Below are positions 29,621 through 39,747 of a stretch of 64,000 bases of DNA, one piece after another. The translations under genes and the position numbers were made by a program. Each line of letters opens with the position of its first letter. Positions within the stretch are counted from its first letter, which is position 1. The DNA is taken from IMG/VR virus record IMGVR_UViG_3300032316_001438; one strand, written 5' to 3'. Below the pieces are notes generated by a model. The model was not told where the DNA came from. It saw only the letters and a program-made list of their open reading frames with translations, and searched no databases. The DNA comes from an uncultured virus (IMG/VR IMGVR_UViG_3300032316_001438). Its lineage: Duplodnaviria > Heunggongvirae > Uroviricota > Caudoviricetes.

Positions 29621-29664
29621 GTCCATTAATGTGTATTAATGTCCATTAATGTCCATTAATGTCC
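29621..29664. repeat. tandem 10-bp repeat GTCCATTAAT (about 4.4 units)
   Basis: gtccattaat gtgtattaat gtccattaat gtccattaat gtcc. Confidence 0.9.
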
Positions 29665-29760
29665 ACAGGTGTCTAACCGTAGAAAAAAATATATTTTTAA
29701 AAACGCTAAAAAGCAGTGATAACACTGAAAAAACCGCTCAAAAACAACCTAAAGGACCTC

Positions 29761-30504
29761 TTAAACCATCTCATCCAGGAACACTCTACCGGATTTCTTG
29801 GTGGGCATAACAAAGGTATGGTCTATTTTGCGCTCGATGGTAGCGTACTTGTTCTTCAGTTCCGGATTCAGCCGAGCAGCAGTTTCAAGATCATGCTTGG
29901 AGGACATGATACAGAACACACAACTCAGTCGTGTCATCCCTTTTTCATAAGCCCAATGCGGAGTTTGATTATTGGATTTTATAAAACCAAAAACTTCCTG
30001 AGTAGACATTTCAAATATCGGTAGCCACTCATACCAGGTTCGTTTTGAATTGGAGTTAGACCCTGATAGCTTGAACGGATCCTTGCGACTTCGATTAGCC
30101 GACTCAGCAGCACGAAGGCCCATGCAGTTGACTACTTTAGTATAACCTCTCTCATTGCAAAGCTCGATAATTTTCTTGTTGATCGGTCCGCGCTTAAGGT
30201 CGCTGGTACACTGGCGGTAGCTCGGGGAGGGCCACATTTGGCGATGCTCGACCATTTCAAAAAATGTTTTACCGGCTTGCACTACATGAAGCTCCGCATC
30301 ACCAATAGTATTTTTGATATGATCGATGGTACCCTCCCATTCCACCTCCGGCAGGTGAGCATGGATGACAACTAGATTTTCTTTTGGTATCAGGTCTCTT
30401 AGCTTCAGGAACATTGCCTGACTATCCTTTCCCCCTGAGTGGTTGATCACATACAGTGCGTCAGGGATTATTTCGTGTGCTCGGTGGAATAATGAGAGAG
30501 ACAT
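29761..30504 (-). CDS. PAPS reductase family (PP-loop) protein
   Basis: SGGKDS, CTSDLK, GLRAAES..R and RLSCVFC motifs. Confidence 0.9.
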   Translation of the reverse strand: MSLSLFHRAHEIIPDALYVINHSGGKDSQAMFLKLRDLIPKENLVVIHAHLPEVEWEGTIDHIKNTIGDAELHVVQAGKTFFEMVEHRQMWPSPSYRQCTSDLKRGPINKKIIELCNERGYTKVVNCMGLRAAESANRSRKDPFKLSGSNSNSKRTWYEWLPIFEMSTQEVFGFIKSNNQTPHWAYEKGMTRLSCVFCIMSSKHDLETAARLNPELKNKYATIERKIDHTFVMPTKKSGRVFLDEMV

Positions 30505-30635
30505 TGAACCCATAGAACACGAGACAACAACAAACATATTAACCGACCGTCCTTAGATAGGAAAAGAGAGGTTTTGAAAAAATAAAATTAAAGTTTAGAT
30601 TGAATTAATAAACACAACCTATTAACAAGAAAGAA

Positions 30636-31493
30636 ATGAGACCTTCTAAAGTTGTTATGATAGTCATAGCCTTAGCGCTGATGGCTTGCCCGGATAAAAA
30701 AAAATCGACAGAGAAATTTGATTTTGGAGTGAAGGAGGCCATGGATAAAAAAGGACCTAAGCCTAGTTTCGAGAAAGGTAGTAAAGGTGAGAAGGTATAT
30801 GTAGCTAAGGCGTCTTTGGCTATTGAGGCTGCGCCGGATGCGTCACTTCCACCTACATGGGAGAAGACCATCGTGTGGGAAACGCTGGATAAAATAAAAA
30901 AAGAAAACAAAGACCAAAAACCATTCCTAAACGGTTGGAGCAAGCTGACCGCCCACACACTTGCTCAGGAGGACATAGAGTTAAACGCATCAGCTCTGGG
31001 GGTAGTGGGTTATAAGGCTGGTATGAAAACGAAAGAAACATACATCTTGATTGAGACTTATAGATTGACGGAAGCGGAAATATGTAACACGGCAACGAAC
31101 CCTTCCTATCGTAACACTGTAAAATTCAGAATGCAAAGGGGATATGGGATATCTGTGCTGGTAACCATTAATACCGAAGAGAATGTTCAAAGTTTTGAAG
31201 GGTTAGCCGAATTAGTTGTGAGAGCGAAAAGTGGAGGATCTTTGCTACAGGGATCAATAAGGGTGATACCATCGGGAATATCCGGGTATAGTATCACTTC
31301 GGCCACAGCCCGAATCGGGCAGGGGGAATTGAACCAGGAGAACTACAATAACATTAACGCGGCAATAGCACTAGTTCAAGAGGCGGCAGACAAAGCTGAT
31401 AACCACGATGTAGAGTTAAACGTGGTACCAATTAGGGTTCAAATAATTTCTCCTCACGAAAGAGTCGTGATGAGACTACCTGGACAGATTTAG
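30636..31493 (+). CDS. putative lipoprotein
   Basis: Signal peptide with lipobox-like ALMAC. Confidence 0.7.
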   Translation: MRPSKVVMIVIALALMACPDKKKSTEKFDFGVKEAMDKKGPKPSFEKGSKGEKVYVAKASLAIEAAPDASLPPTWEKTIVWETLDKIKKENKDQKPFLNGWSKLTAHTLAQEDIELNASALGVVGYKAGMKTKETYILIETYRLTEAEICNTATNPSYRNTVKFRMQRGYGISVLVTINTEENVQSFEGLAELVVRAKSGGSLLQGSIRVIPSGISGYSITSATARIGQGELNQENYNNINAAIALVQEAADKADNHDVELNVVPIRVQIISPHERVVMRLPGQI

Positions 31494-31550
31494 TGTTAGT
31501 CATCTGACTCGTAAGCGACGAAATAGATAGTAGTGACGATTAATAAATAA

Positions 31551-32843
31551 CTATATATTTTTCTCAATAACTTTCAACTCTTCGCTTTGTTGATGCTCAG
31601 AAATCAGCTCTATAGAGGCCAGCGAACTCCCTGCAATACCTTTCACCGATCCAATGAAGTGATTAGTGTTTAGCATCACTTTCTCTATCTGCTTCTCGCG
31701 CTGTTTCCAAATTCTCTCCATGGCTTTACGCTCCTGGAGGTATCCGGTTTGAAGTTCCGCAAAACCCTCCACAATAGAGCCTAGCTGCAGGCGAAATTCA
31801 TTGCTCGTCAGGTAAGCATAGAGCATCTCCATTTTTTCCCCTTTATTGGCCTGAGAGGAATAAGCTTCGTGAATTTTTATCAGGCTGTCACGTATAACCA
31901 TCACTAGGCCCTTGAAATCAAAGAAAGAGCAAATCCAGACTCCATCGCGATATCCAATCTTTTCAATCCCTTCGGGTAACACCTCTGAAACAATTATGCA
32001 AACATCTGCCTTGATTGACACAGCATCAGCTTTGAGTTTTGCTACCCACTCTGAATTGAAGGCTTTTGTGCGCTTACTCTCAAATAGGATTATACCGCAG
32101 TCGGTGCCGAGCCTGTTGCGAACGGTCTGTATAGCGTCAGCACCCTTAGCGCCTTTGGCCACTTCGGATATAGTATCGAACGGGAACAAGGATGTAAGCA
32201 TTTCCTCCAGGGCCAGTTCTTGCACTTCACCCTGAAGCTGCATGGAGCCCTGCTCTGCTTTGCGCTTCATTTCCTCAGCAAGTTCCTTTTGATCGGTGAG
32301 CTGCTTTTCCAAATCCTTTATCCGTAAATAAAACGACTCCTCGGATTGTTGTTTTATCCTGATCTGCTCGCTATGGAGTTTGTCGTTGAATTCTTTCTCC
32401 TTTTCATAGGAGATTAGATCCCGCATTTCTGACTTTTCCCTTTTGAGCTGCTCGACCTCGGCCTTTGTCCTGTGTAACTCGCGCACCTGCGTTGACTTTT
32501 CATCAAGCTCCCTGGAGAGCAATTCCAGTTTAACAGCCATCTCAGAGCTGACAGATCCGCGTATCTTTTCCTCTAGCGACACTCGCTCAAGAGCCAGACG
32601 GTCTGCCAACTGACTTTCCACCGCAGATTTTATAGACTCCCGCTCTACTTCCAGGGAAATCTTGGCTTGCTGGATCTGTTGAGATTGTTGTTTTATCTCT
32701 TGAGCTTGCCGTTCAATAGCTCTTGCCCGCTCAGACATATCAAGCTCCATGTTGGTTTTTACCTCTTTGGTGACCTGCTTGTATAAGACCTCGCTCACAT
32801 CGATTTGAGTCTGGCACTGGGGACAATTAATATGGTTTGTCAT
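31551..32843 (-). CDS. DUF2130 family coiled-coil protein with nuclease-like C-terminal domain
   Basis: N-terminal CPQC; QGSMQLQGEVQEL, GAD and ESKRTK motifs. Confidence 0.88.
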   Translation of the reverse strand: MTNHINCPQCQTQIDVSEVLYKQVTKEVKTNMELDMSERARAIERQAQEIKQQSQQIQQAKISLEVERESIKSAVESQLADRLALERVSLEEKIRGSVSSEMAVKLELLSRELDEKSTQVRELHRTKAEVEQLKREKSEMRDLISYEKEKEFNDKLHSEQIRIKQQSEESFYLRIKDLEKQLTDQKELAEEMKRKAEQGSMQLQGEVQELALEEMLTSLFPFDTISEVAKGAKGADAIQTVRNRLGTDCGIILFESKRTKAFNSEWVAKLKADAVSIKADVCIIVSEVLPEGIEKIGYRDGVWICSFFDFKGLVMVIRDSLIKIHEAYSSQANKGEKMEMLYAYLTSNEFRLQLGSIVEGFAELQTGYLQERKAMERIWKQREKQIEKVMLNTNHFIGSVKGIAGSSLASIELISEHQQSEELKVIEKNI

Positions 32844-32875
32844 CTAAGAAAAAAGTTTAGAAGGAGAATAAATAA

Positions 32876-33235
32876 CTAGGCACCCAGACGAATATTATTG
32901 ATCAATTCATTAAGTTCCTCTAGTGGACGCCGCTCATGTTCTGGTAGGTTAGGATCGGACAGCAGTCGGAACAACTCCACACGAGGGTTGGACAAAATAT
33001 CTGGATACTTGAACACGTAGTATTCCAATCTTGAGGGATTGCGAATGGCTAGGGTATAATCGACATGAACAATCAATCGATAGGAGAAATACAGCGCGAA
33101 CGAAGCCAATACATAAAGGCCTTCGAACAGGAAGGCCTCTGGTCGTGTCCACAAGTTAAAAGCAGCCCAAACAGCAGCCACAGTGGTAAGCAGCCAGAGT
33201 AAAAATAAAAGCAGTGATCTAAGGAAAATATTCAT
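32876..33235 (-). CDS. membrane protein
   Basis: Two hydrophobic helices. Confidence 0.65.
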   Translation of the reverse strand: MNIFLRSLLLFLLWLLTTVAAVWAAFNLWTRPEAFLFEGLYVLASFALYFSYRLIVHVDYTLAIRNPSRLEYYVFKYPDILSNPRVELFRLLSDPNLPEHERRPLEELNELINNIRLGA

Positions 33236-33246
33236 GGAGATAATAA

Positions 33247-33912
33247 TTAAAAGGGGAGTTCAGAGAAATCAGTACTATCGTAGTTAGTAGCTTCGGGCAC
33301 ATGGTGATGATTTGTTTTTGAAAAGTCCCCTAAGCCAGATAACCATTTCTTTACTGTATGCTTCTTTCGGAATAGCAACAGGTGAACCGTGTCGTTAGAC
33401 GGATGATACTTTAGCCTGTAAAAGAACCTTGCTATACGCCGGGTAACATTTAACTTCCACCAGTAGCTTAAATCGAAAAGTAAAAACAAAATAGAAAGAC
33501 AGAGAGGCCCATTAATGCTGGCAGTATGCTCGATATAGCCTTGGATAGAATTTGAAGCCAAGACACTAAGTTTTGCAGCCTCCTTCTCATTAAAGACTTT
33601 CTTAATGGGTGTGTGAAAAGTGAATGCGCCAAACTTGACCCTGACAAGGAGCGACCAGAATGGCCTTTTGTAATACCCTGACGCAAAGCAGTCCGCACAA
33701 TAGTCTTTCTCTTCATCAGCGAAGTAGTGGGTATAACCACTGCCATTACAAGTATAACACACCTTACCTTCGATGCGCTGCAGGTCTAAGCCTACTGGCT
33801 GACCAAAGCGCGAAAGCAGGATTGCCTTTATTGCATAAAAGCGCGGGTCTCTACTAACGCTGTTAGCGTGATGTAGTAAACAAGAAAGCAATAAGATGAT
33901 AGGGTTTTTCAT
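33247..33912 (-). CDS. hypothetical protein with DnaJ-like CxxCxGxG zinc motifs
   Basis: CYTCNGSG and CADCFASG. Confidence 0.7.
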   Translation of the reverse strand: MKNPIILLLSCLLHHANSVSRDPRFYAIKAILLSRFGQPVGLDLQRIEGKVCYTCNGSGYTHYFADEEKDYCADCFASGYYKRPFWSLLVRVKFGAFTFHTPIKKVFNEKEAAKLSVLASNSIQGYIEHTASINGPLCLSILFLLFDLSYWWKLNVTRRIARFFYRLKYHPSNDTVHLLLFRKKHTVKKWLSGLGDFSKTNHHHVPEATNYDSTDFSELPF

Positions 33913-34201
33913 AAAAATACAATTAAGTAGTAACCGGATTTCTATATAATATTATACTCGATGTGAAAGTGAAAAAATAGTCGATTTTTATTTTGATTAG
34001 CTTGTAATGACACACAACCGGATAACCTCTTCTTGAAAGTCCGAGTCCTTGTCGATATCAAAAAGAGACTCGACACGTTCAGAATGCGCTTCGAGCCCTT
34101 TTATAAGTGCCTGTTTAAGATCAGCCTGATCTTCCAGGGATAAGCCTTTTGTGGCGGGATGACTTTGGATAACTGAAACGATAGGATTCATGTTTAAATA
34201 G

Positions 34202-34765
34202 TTAGGTATTTTTTTCTGTAAGAACATTTCTAAGCAATCCGAAACTGCCTATCAGGTTTAAAGAAAGCTCGGCGGCTTTAGAAAGATTTTCAAACCCATC
34301 CCTTGAGTTCATAAGCATATCACTACCCATCTTTGTGATAGGCTCCATCGCATCTACAAACAATCTTCGAGCCTGGCGCTCATGACTCTCCGCTACAAGC
34401 AAGGGACACTCTTCGTCCGACTTAGTAACCAGCCCAGCTGCTTGCTGGCGCTCAAGACACTGAGCCCAAAAGGATTTGAAATCTTCATCAGAAAGTAAAA
34501 AGATATATTCAGGATCAAGAACGACAGCTTCATCTATGTGGATAGGCTCACGCCCTCTTTTTGCAGCACCATCGGCAATTCTAGCGATCTCACCTTTGTT
34601 AGTGAATTGATTGAGCGCTAAAACTTCTTTTTGATATCCATTCACAATAGGTCGAACGGTTTGAACTAAAGCTTTAGCAAGACAAAACGTATTTGCAGCT
34701 TCAACCATTTGATCGGTTATCTGTGATCTCATTTCGGCCTGAGTAAGTCTTTTCATTTTTTCCAT
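34202..34765 (-). CDS. hypothetical protein
   Basis: 187 aa ORF with CPLLVAE motif; follows motif at 34819. Confidence 0.75.
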   Translation of the reverse strand: MEKMKRLTQAEMRSQITDQMVEAANTFCLAKALVQTVRPIVNGYQKEVLALNQFTNKGEIARIADGAAKRGREPIHIDEAVVLDPEYIFLLSDEDFKSFWAQCLERQQAAGLVTKSDEECPLLVAESHERQARRLFVDAMEPITKMGSDMLMNSRDGFENLSKAAELSLNLIGSFGLLRNVLTEKNT

Positions 34766-34845
34766 TGTTTTAAATTATTTTCTTATTCAAATAAACAAAG
34801 AGAGAGAGAAACACAACCCCGACCGTCCGAGACTTTCCGACACCA

Positions 34846-35256
34846 CTAATAGTATTCTTTGATTCTATCCTTACCTGTTTGCATTTTAGTCACCTTTTCT
34901 TTGAACTGCTCTATCGCCTGCTGGAAGCTATCAGCGGTATGGGTGTTTATCTCATGGTGAATATCATCAGTGGGTGAAGTACTTATTGAATATCCTATTG
35001 AATCCACGAACTCCCAACGATAGATACCGCCAGTGGTATTTGTCAGCACTCTCCAGGAGTCCGGAGTGTCTACACAAAAAAGTTTTTCTCCAAGATGGTC
35101 AAACTCATGCCACATGAACCCGAACTCGGCGCGGCGCTGCTTGGTGTACTGAAAGAACTTTCCAAGTTCACAGATCAACTCCTCGTAGGTGCTTTTGATC
35201 TCATTGGAGATAATTTTCCAGTTGATGTCTTTTTTGTCGATAATAGCCTCACTCAT
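34846..35256 (-). CDS. hypothetical protein
   Basis: 136 aa ORF. Confidence 0.7.
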   Translation of the reverse strand: MSEAIIDKKDINWKIISNEIKSTYEELICELGKFFQYTKQRRAEFGFMWHEFDHLGEKLFCVDTPDSWRVLTNTTGGIYRWEFVDSIGYSISTSPTDDIHHEINTHTADSFQQAIEQFKEKVTKMQTGKDRIKEYY

Positions 35257-35407
35257 ATTTTATAGTTGAAAGTTTAACCCCTCTCATGCGTAGCATTTCC
35301 TCAAGTGTGCGTCTGCGATCTGACCAAACTCCGATGCCATCTTTTTTGACTTCGGCCTTTAGCATCTGGATCAGTTCTTCGTTTGAGAGGTATCTTTTTG
35401 TTGTCAT
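35249..35407 (-). CDS. small hypothetical protein (52 aa), not in ORF track
   Basis: MTTKRYLSNEELIQMLKAEVKKDG...; ATG 39 bp from motif at 35446; overlaps the next start. Confidence 0.55.
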   Translation of the reverse strand: MTTKRYLSNEELIQMLKAEVKKDGIGVWSDRRRTLEEMLRMRGVKLSTIKYE

Positions 35408-35529
35408 ACTGGTGCCTTATCTCCCAGATAAAAGTTAACTAAACACCGACCGCCACCAAGCCCCAAAAAAAGCCTTGGTTAGCGTGGTATATTATTGTTA
35501 CCATAACTATTGCCATTTCCAAAAAAAAC

Positions 35530-36972
35530 CTATCCATTTCCGAACTTTATTATTGCCCCGATGGTGTTTGCCCGGATGTGGTCGTAGACACTTTTCAGAA
35601 TGGCATGATGCATGGGATACTCGATACTCTGGCCTATGATCTCGCTGGCTATTGTCGAAGAGCATGAGTTAAGGTCGAAGCTTTCGGGTATGCTGTTGAG
35701 TTCCCTGAGCAGTTTTTCGCTTGGCATGAAGTAGCGTCCGTCTTTCTCTATATATATAGAGTCCTTTGCCTGCCGGTTCTGGGACTTCATCACGGTGGGG
35801 GCGAAAGAGCTGTCCTTGGTGATGATTCTGGATCTACCCACTTCAATACCTAGGTGTACTGTTTTAGTATGGGTGATATCTCTGCAGTCGTTAAGATTTG
35901 CGTTGATGATATCCCAAAGGTCAGTTCTTTTGGCTTCATGCTCTGGGGCGAGTTCAAGGCCGGGCCACACAGAGGCGATTAAGTAAAATCTTTTACGCGA
36001 AGTTAGTCCGGAGTAGTCTCTGGCGTCTAGTACTTTTTGAGTTACATGATATCCCCACTTGCGGAGCTTGGTGGTAAGAAGTACGCCTGATGCTGAGTTT
36101 TCGAAGCCCGGTACATTCTCAACCATTATCACCGCTGGCTTGAGTGTTTCGACCATACGAAGGCCATCGTACACTAGATCAACGGTGGTGTCTAAATTTT
36201 CAACGCTTCTTTGTTTTGCTTTTAAATCCTTGCTTTGCCCGAACTCATCACATTGCAAGGAAACGTGTAGTAATGAAACAGGCTCATCATCTTTCATGTA
36301 ATCTTCTACCTGTCTCCAATTGATTTTAGAGATGTCTTGATTGAATAAGTATTTTGGTGAGCTGTTCGCTAAAACATTCAAAGCGCCTGTTTCTGTGAGA
36401 TCATTTTTGTCACGCGCTTCCTGAGGGCGATATTCAAGTACGCCCTGAATTGTGAAACCAGTTTCAATCATGCACTTGATATCCACTCCTGATGTCATGG
36501 CAACGAAACTTTCAAAAGGGTTAGCAGCATGTGCTAGTTTTCTTCGAATTGAGAAGGACTCGTTAGCAAGGGGAGTGATATTGATATTCCCATGGCGCAA
36601 GGCTATGTGTACGCGCTCGGCATAAGAGGGAATACAATCACTAATCAGCTTTTGATTTTGTATATCGATCAGTGACTCTATTGGGTTGTTCTTGCGCTGT
36701 GTATAGGAGCGAGAGTAGATCTTAGTTTTGCCGGCCATATCGGTTGTGATCATAAGGCCGTTCAATTGGCCGCTAGGAGAAATCGTAGTACGGGTGCCTG
36801 ACTCGAAGCCCATCAGGTTCAAAAAGTTACTTGACAAACGGATGCGTTTCCCTCCTGCGGGTGTTTGCCCTAACTTTAAATCCTTTGTGATAAGGTCAGG
36901 GATGGAAAAATTGAGACTCGAAAGTTGAGCCTTGACATCACCAACAAACAACGGAAGAGTTCCAACGCTCAT
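35530..36972 (-). CDS. atypical DNA (cytosine-5) methyltransferase with N-terminal extension
   Basis: MVENVPGF (motif VI), TSRKRFYL (VIII), IGQSI (X); motif IV reads LQC instead of PC. Confidence 0.82.
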   Translation of the reverse strand: MSVGTLPLFVGDVKAQLSSLNFSIPDLITKDLKLGQTPAGGKRIRLSSNFLNLMGFESGTRTTISPSGQLNGLMITTDMAGKTKIYSRSYTQRKNNPIESLIDIQNQKLISDCIPSYAERVHIALRHGNINITPLANESFSIRRKLAHAANPFESFVAMTSGVDIKCMIETGFTIQGVLEYRPQEARDKNDLTETGALNVLANSSPKYLFNQDISKINWRQVEDYMKDDEPVSLLHVSLQCDEFGQSKDLKAKQRSVENLDTTVDLVYDGLRMVETLKPAVIMVENVPGFENSASGVLLTTKLRKWGYHVTQKVLDARDYSGLTSRKRFYLIASVWPGLELAPEHEAKRTDLWDIINANLNDCRDITHTKTVHLGIEVGRSRIITKDSSFAPTVMKSQNRQAKDSIYIEKDGRYFMPSEKLLRELNSIPESFDLNSCSSTIASEIIGQSIEYPMHHAILKSVYDHIRANTIGAIIKFGNG

Positions 36973-37058
36973 ATATATAATAGTTATCTGTGATTGTATC
37001 ACTCAGTCATTTAAACAGCTCGACCCGACCGCTGCAAAAAAATAAATAATCACCACCG

Positions 37059-37562
37059 CTAAGGCTGCAACTCAGCCACACTTTTTAGATACTGTTTAGT
37101 CTTACTCCAATCCGAGAAGCGCTCGGTCCCAAAGTGGATATGTTCGCCTTTGAATTCCTTCACTCCGTTACGAAGCCGGTCATCGACAAGGTAGTGACCT
37201 ATGTTCAAGTCCTTGCGGTGGGTGAGGATAAGTTTCTTCTCTGCCTGTGAGCCAAAGTGAGTCTCTACCCAAATTCGTTTTCCAGTGAAGCTTTCCGGAA
37301 CACTCCACATAGGAGTAGATAGAAAGTAGATATCGAAAAAAGGGAACAATTCGTGTACAGCTTCCACGGCTCCCTCGATAGTAGGTAGGGTGTGGAAGAT
37401 GGTCGGGTTGGCTTTACAGATCGCCTCTACTAAAATGGTGCGCTGTTCAAAGTCGTGGTGATGATCAAGCGTACATAAGTTTGGGGCGAAGGCTTTGATA
37501 CCTGCATCGAAGTCGGCAAGAACCCCGTCCATGTCTAAGTAAAGTAGTTTTCTGTTTTTCAT
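37059..37562 (-). CDS. 5'(3')-deoxyribonucleotidase (HAD, NT5C-like), start revised to MKNRKLL
   Basis: DMDGVLADF, LST, K..WV and LVDD motifs. Confidence 0.9.
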   Translation of the reverse strand: MKNRKLLYLDMDGVLADFDAGIKAFAPNLCTLDHHHDFEQRTILVEAICKANPTIFHTLPTIEGAVEAVHELFPFFDIYFLSTPMWSVPESFTGKRIWVETHFGSQAEKKLILTHRKDLNIGHYLVDDRLRNGVKEFKGEHIHFGTERFSDWSKTKQYLKSVAELQP

Positions 37563-37563
37563 G

Positions 37564-37995
37564 TTAGAAGATTGGTTGATCTGTTTCTTTTGATATCCCC
37601 ATTTTGCTCTTATGTATCTTTTCAAATGTGATGATGGCCGACCGGAGTAAATCCTCGCCATATTTTTCTCCGGCCATGTACTCTGCGTTCTCCCAACCTC
37701 TGCTTTCCGCTTTTTCCTCTATGTAGTCCATGACCTCTCTTATCTTGGGTTCGATTTCAATACCAAAAGAGTTAGGCGGGTAAGTCGGCAAACTTCTAAC
37801 TATTGGAACAGGGTCAGAACCAGAATACTCTTCAAACCATTCTTCAATTAACTTTACATCTAAATTGTTTTCATTGCTGTGGGAGACAGCTTCATGGTAT
37901 CGGATAAAAACCCTATCATCTGAAGTGGTAAAAAGACTATTGCACTGTTGGCCTAGTTCGCCTTGAAAATATTTGTTTATGGTTTCTTGAGTCAT
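37564..37995 (-). CDS. hypothetical protein
   Basis: 143 aa ORF. Confidence 0.65.
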   Translation of the reverse strand: MTQETINKYFQGELGQQCNSLFTTSDDRVFIRYHEAVSHSNENNLDVKLIEEWFEEYSGSDPVPIVRSLPTYPPNSFGIEIEPKIREVMDYIEEKAESRGWENAEYMAGEKYGEDLLRSAIITFEKIHKSKMGISKETDQPIF

Positions 37996-38001
37996 GGTTA
38001 A

Positions 38002-38250
38002 TTATTTAATTCTTGTACTATCAATAAACTCGTAACCGGAAAAGTCCGCACACGCACTAATATTTTTACCCCAAACCAAACCCTGTACTTTTACACTTGT
38101 GGTGAATAGCAAATTATCGAAGCGCTCCGAGGAGTCTTTATGCGTTTGTATAATGATCTGGTCCGCACAAAGATGAACCACTACCTTGTCGGTGGTTTTG
38201 TACTTGCACTTTTGCAATTCCGAAATGAGTTTTGAGTATTGCTCTTTCAT
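38002..38250 (-). CDS. hypothetical protein
   Basis: 82 aa ORF. Confidence 0.6.
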   Translation of the reverse strand: MKEQYSKLISELQKCKYKTTDKVVVHLCADQIIIQTHKDSSERFDNLLFTTSVKVQGLVWGKNISACADFSGYEFIDSTRIK

Positions 38251-38258
38251 AGTCGATT

Positions 38259-38567
38259 TTAATATGCCCTAAATGCCCGCGATTGTAGTTCTTGATAGCT
38301 TACCCCGATGTCATGACGGATTAAATCATAGAGGTGCTTTTTTAGCCTATCTGATATTTTGACCACTCTATTATTACTGCGCCAATCGGGAATAGTGCAA
38401 TCCGAGCCAATGCGTCCTACCATGTCTCCGCCTAGATAGTTTTGATAAGCGCTAAGCTTTTGACCTTCGTACTTTCTTCCAAGAAACGACAAGGATACCT
38501 CAACCCCTGACCCCCTATGGGAAAACGAGCGGCGTAAAGTGATATCTTCAAATACAGGTGCTTTCAT
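38259..38567 (-). CDS. hypothetical protein
   Basis: 102 aa ORF with SAYQNYLGG motif; ATG 39 bp from motif at 38606. Confidence 0.7.
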   Translation of the reverse strand: MKAPVFEDITLRRSFSHRGSGVEVSLSFLGRKYEGQKLSAYQNYLGGDMVGRIGSDCTIPDWRSNNRVVKISDRLKKHLYDLIRHDIGVSYQELQSRAFRAY

Positions 38568-38949
38568 ACCTAGTGGTTAATGAATGGAATTATTTTAGCC
38601 AAACCCCGACCGTTACTCCACGGGTGCCGGGGCCGCTTTTGTTTTTGTCAGAAAGTCCACCATAAAAAAATATGGGTTGACAAACCTCTTTATAATAGGC
38701 TTGGCTAGTTCGGGCGTGTTGTCTTCACTCTGAACATGAATGCGACACCGAAACACAACAGGTTCATTTTCCTTTCTGATGGTTGCCATCGATTCCAGCC
38801 CAACGGAATAAGATTCTCCGAGAGCCTCTGCCATCTGCGCGTGCTGCTTTTCAAAATGCGCGAAGGCTTGATTGGGAGTCATGCCCGACACCCTCAAGTC
38901 AAAGCAAAGGGTTTTTATATCGCAAAAAGGCGTGTGTCGTTTCACCGAT

Positions 38950-39243
38950 TCACTTGACTGTTAATCCTGCCAGCTTGGAAATACCGAATAGCTTAGCGTG
39001 CTTATCAGGCGGCATGAAGCAATAGCTGTTCCAACCGATCATATCTTCAAGTCCCTGACGATAGGCTTCTGCTTCCTGATGAGTGTTGAAAGTTCTAACC
39101 ATTGGAGCGCCACAACTACTTGCAATTTTCTTGAGTCCACCTATAGGCACCCCGTCATGGTATGCGCTGGAAAGCTCTGCGCCAAAAGCGCCACAAACAA
39201 GAAATACTGCTTTACCTGTTGAATCGGTTGCTGTGTTTACCAT
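38950..39243 (-). CDS. hypothetical protein
   Basis: F.T..EAEAY.QG.ED..GW motif; follows motif at 39307. Confidence 0.65.
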   Translation of the reverse strand: MVNTATDSTGKAVFLVCGAFGAELSSAYHDGVPIGGLKKIASSCGAPMVRTFNTHQEAEAYRQGLEDMIGWNSYCFMPPDKHAKLFGISKLAGLTVK

Positions 39244-39408
39244 AGAGCAATCCTTAATTGTTAAAAGATATTGATAACCACATCAGGAAAGGTATGAGCA
39301 CAAACGCCGACCGTCCAGGACCAGCGCACGTAGTGGCCACGAAAGCCTTCTTGTCAAAATTTTGGTTTTGACCTTCTATCAATGTAAATTTCCTGTCCTC
39401 ACAAACTA

Positions 39409-39747
39409 ATGAAGATACACGAAAAATTAAGACGTCTAAGGAGAAGTAGAAATCTATCTCAATCGGACGTAGCTATTGAAGTTGGAGTAGATTACAGTAC
39501 CTACAATTCCTATGCGCAAGATGGCGGGAAAATTCAGTTAAAGACTCTTGAAAAAATAGCAACATTTTATGGATACAAAAACCTTAGCCGCTTTTTTGAT
39601 GACAAGCATGAGGATGGTTCGACGACAAGCAAGACGACTACTGGTAACGCTATACAGGTGATTGTTGAGTTGGACGGAGATGCTGATAAGTTAGCCGAAA
39701 CAATGGAAAAGCTAAAAAAAATGAATAGGGTTATTGGGAGTCAGTAG
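39409..39747 (+). CDS. XRE/Cro-C1 helix-turn-helix regulator
   Basis: LRRLRRSRNLSQSDVA..VGVDYSTY. Confidence 0.88.
   Translation: MKIHEKLRRLRRSRNLSQSDVAIEVGVDYSTYNSYAQDGGKIQLKTLEKIATFYGYKNLSRFFDDKHEDGSTTSKTTTGNAIQVIVELDGDADKLAETMEKLKKMNRVIGSQ

Noticed and set aside
37638..37644. Additional exact CCGACCG
   Set aside because: It lies inside ORF 37564-37995, lacks the downstream GTT and is 76 bp from the next ATG; consistent with a chance copy, so not counted
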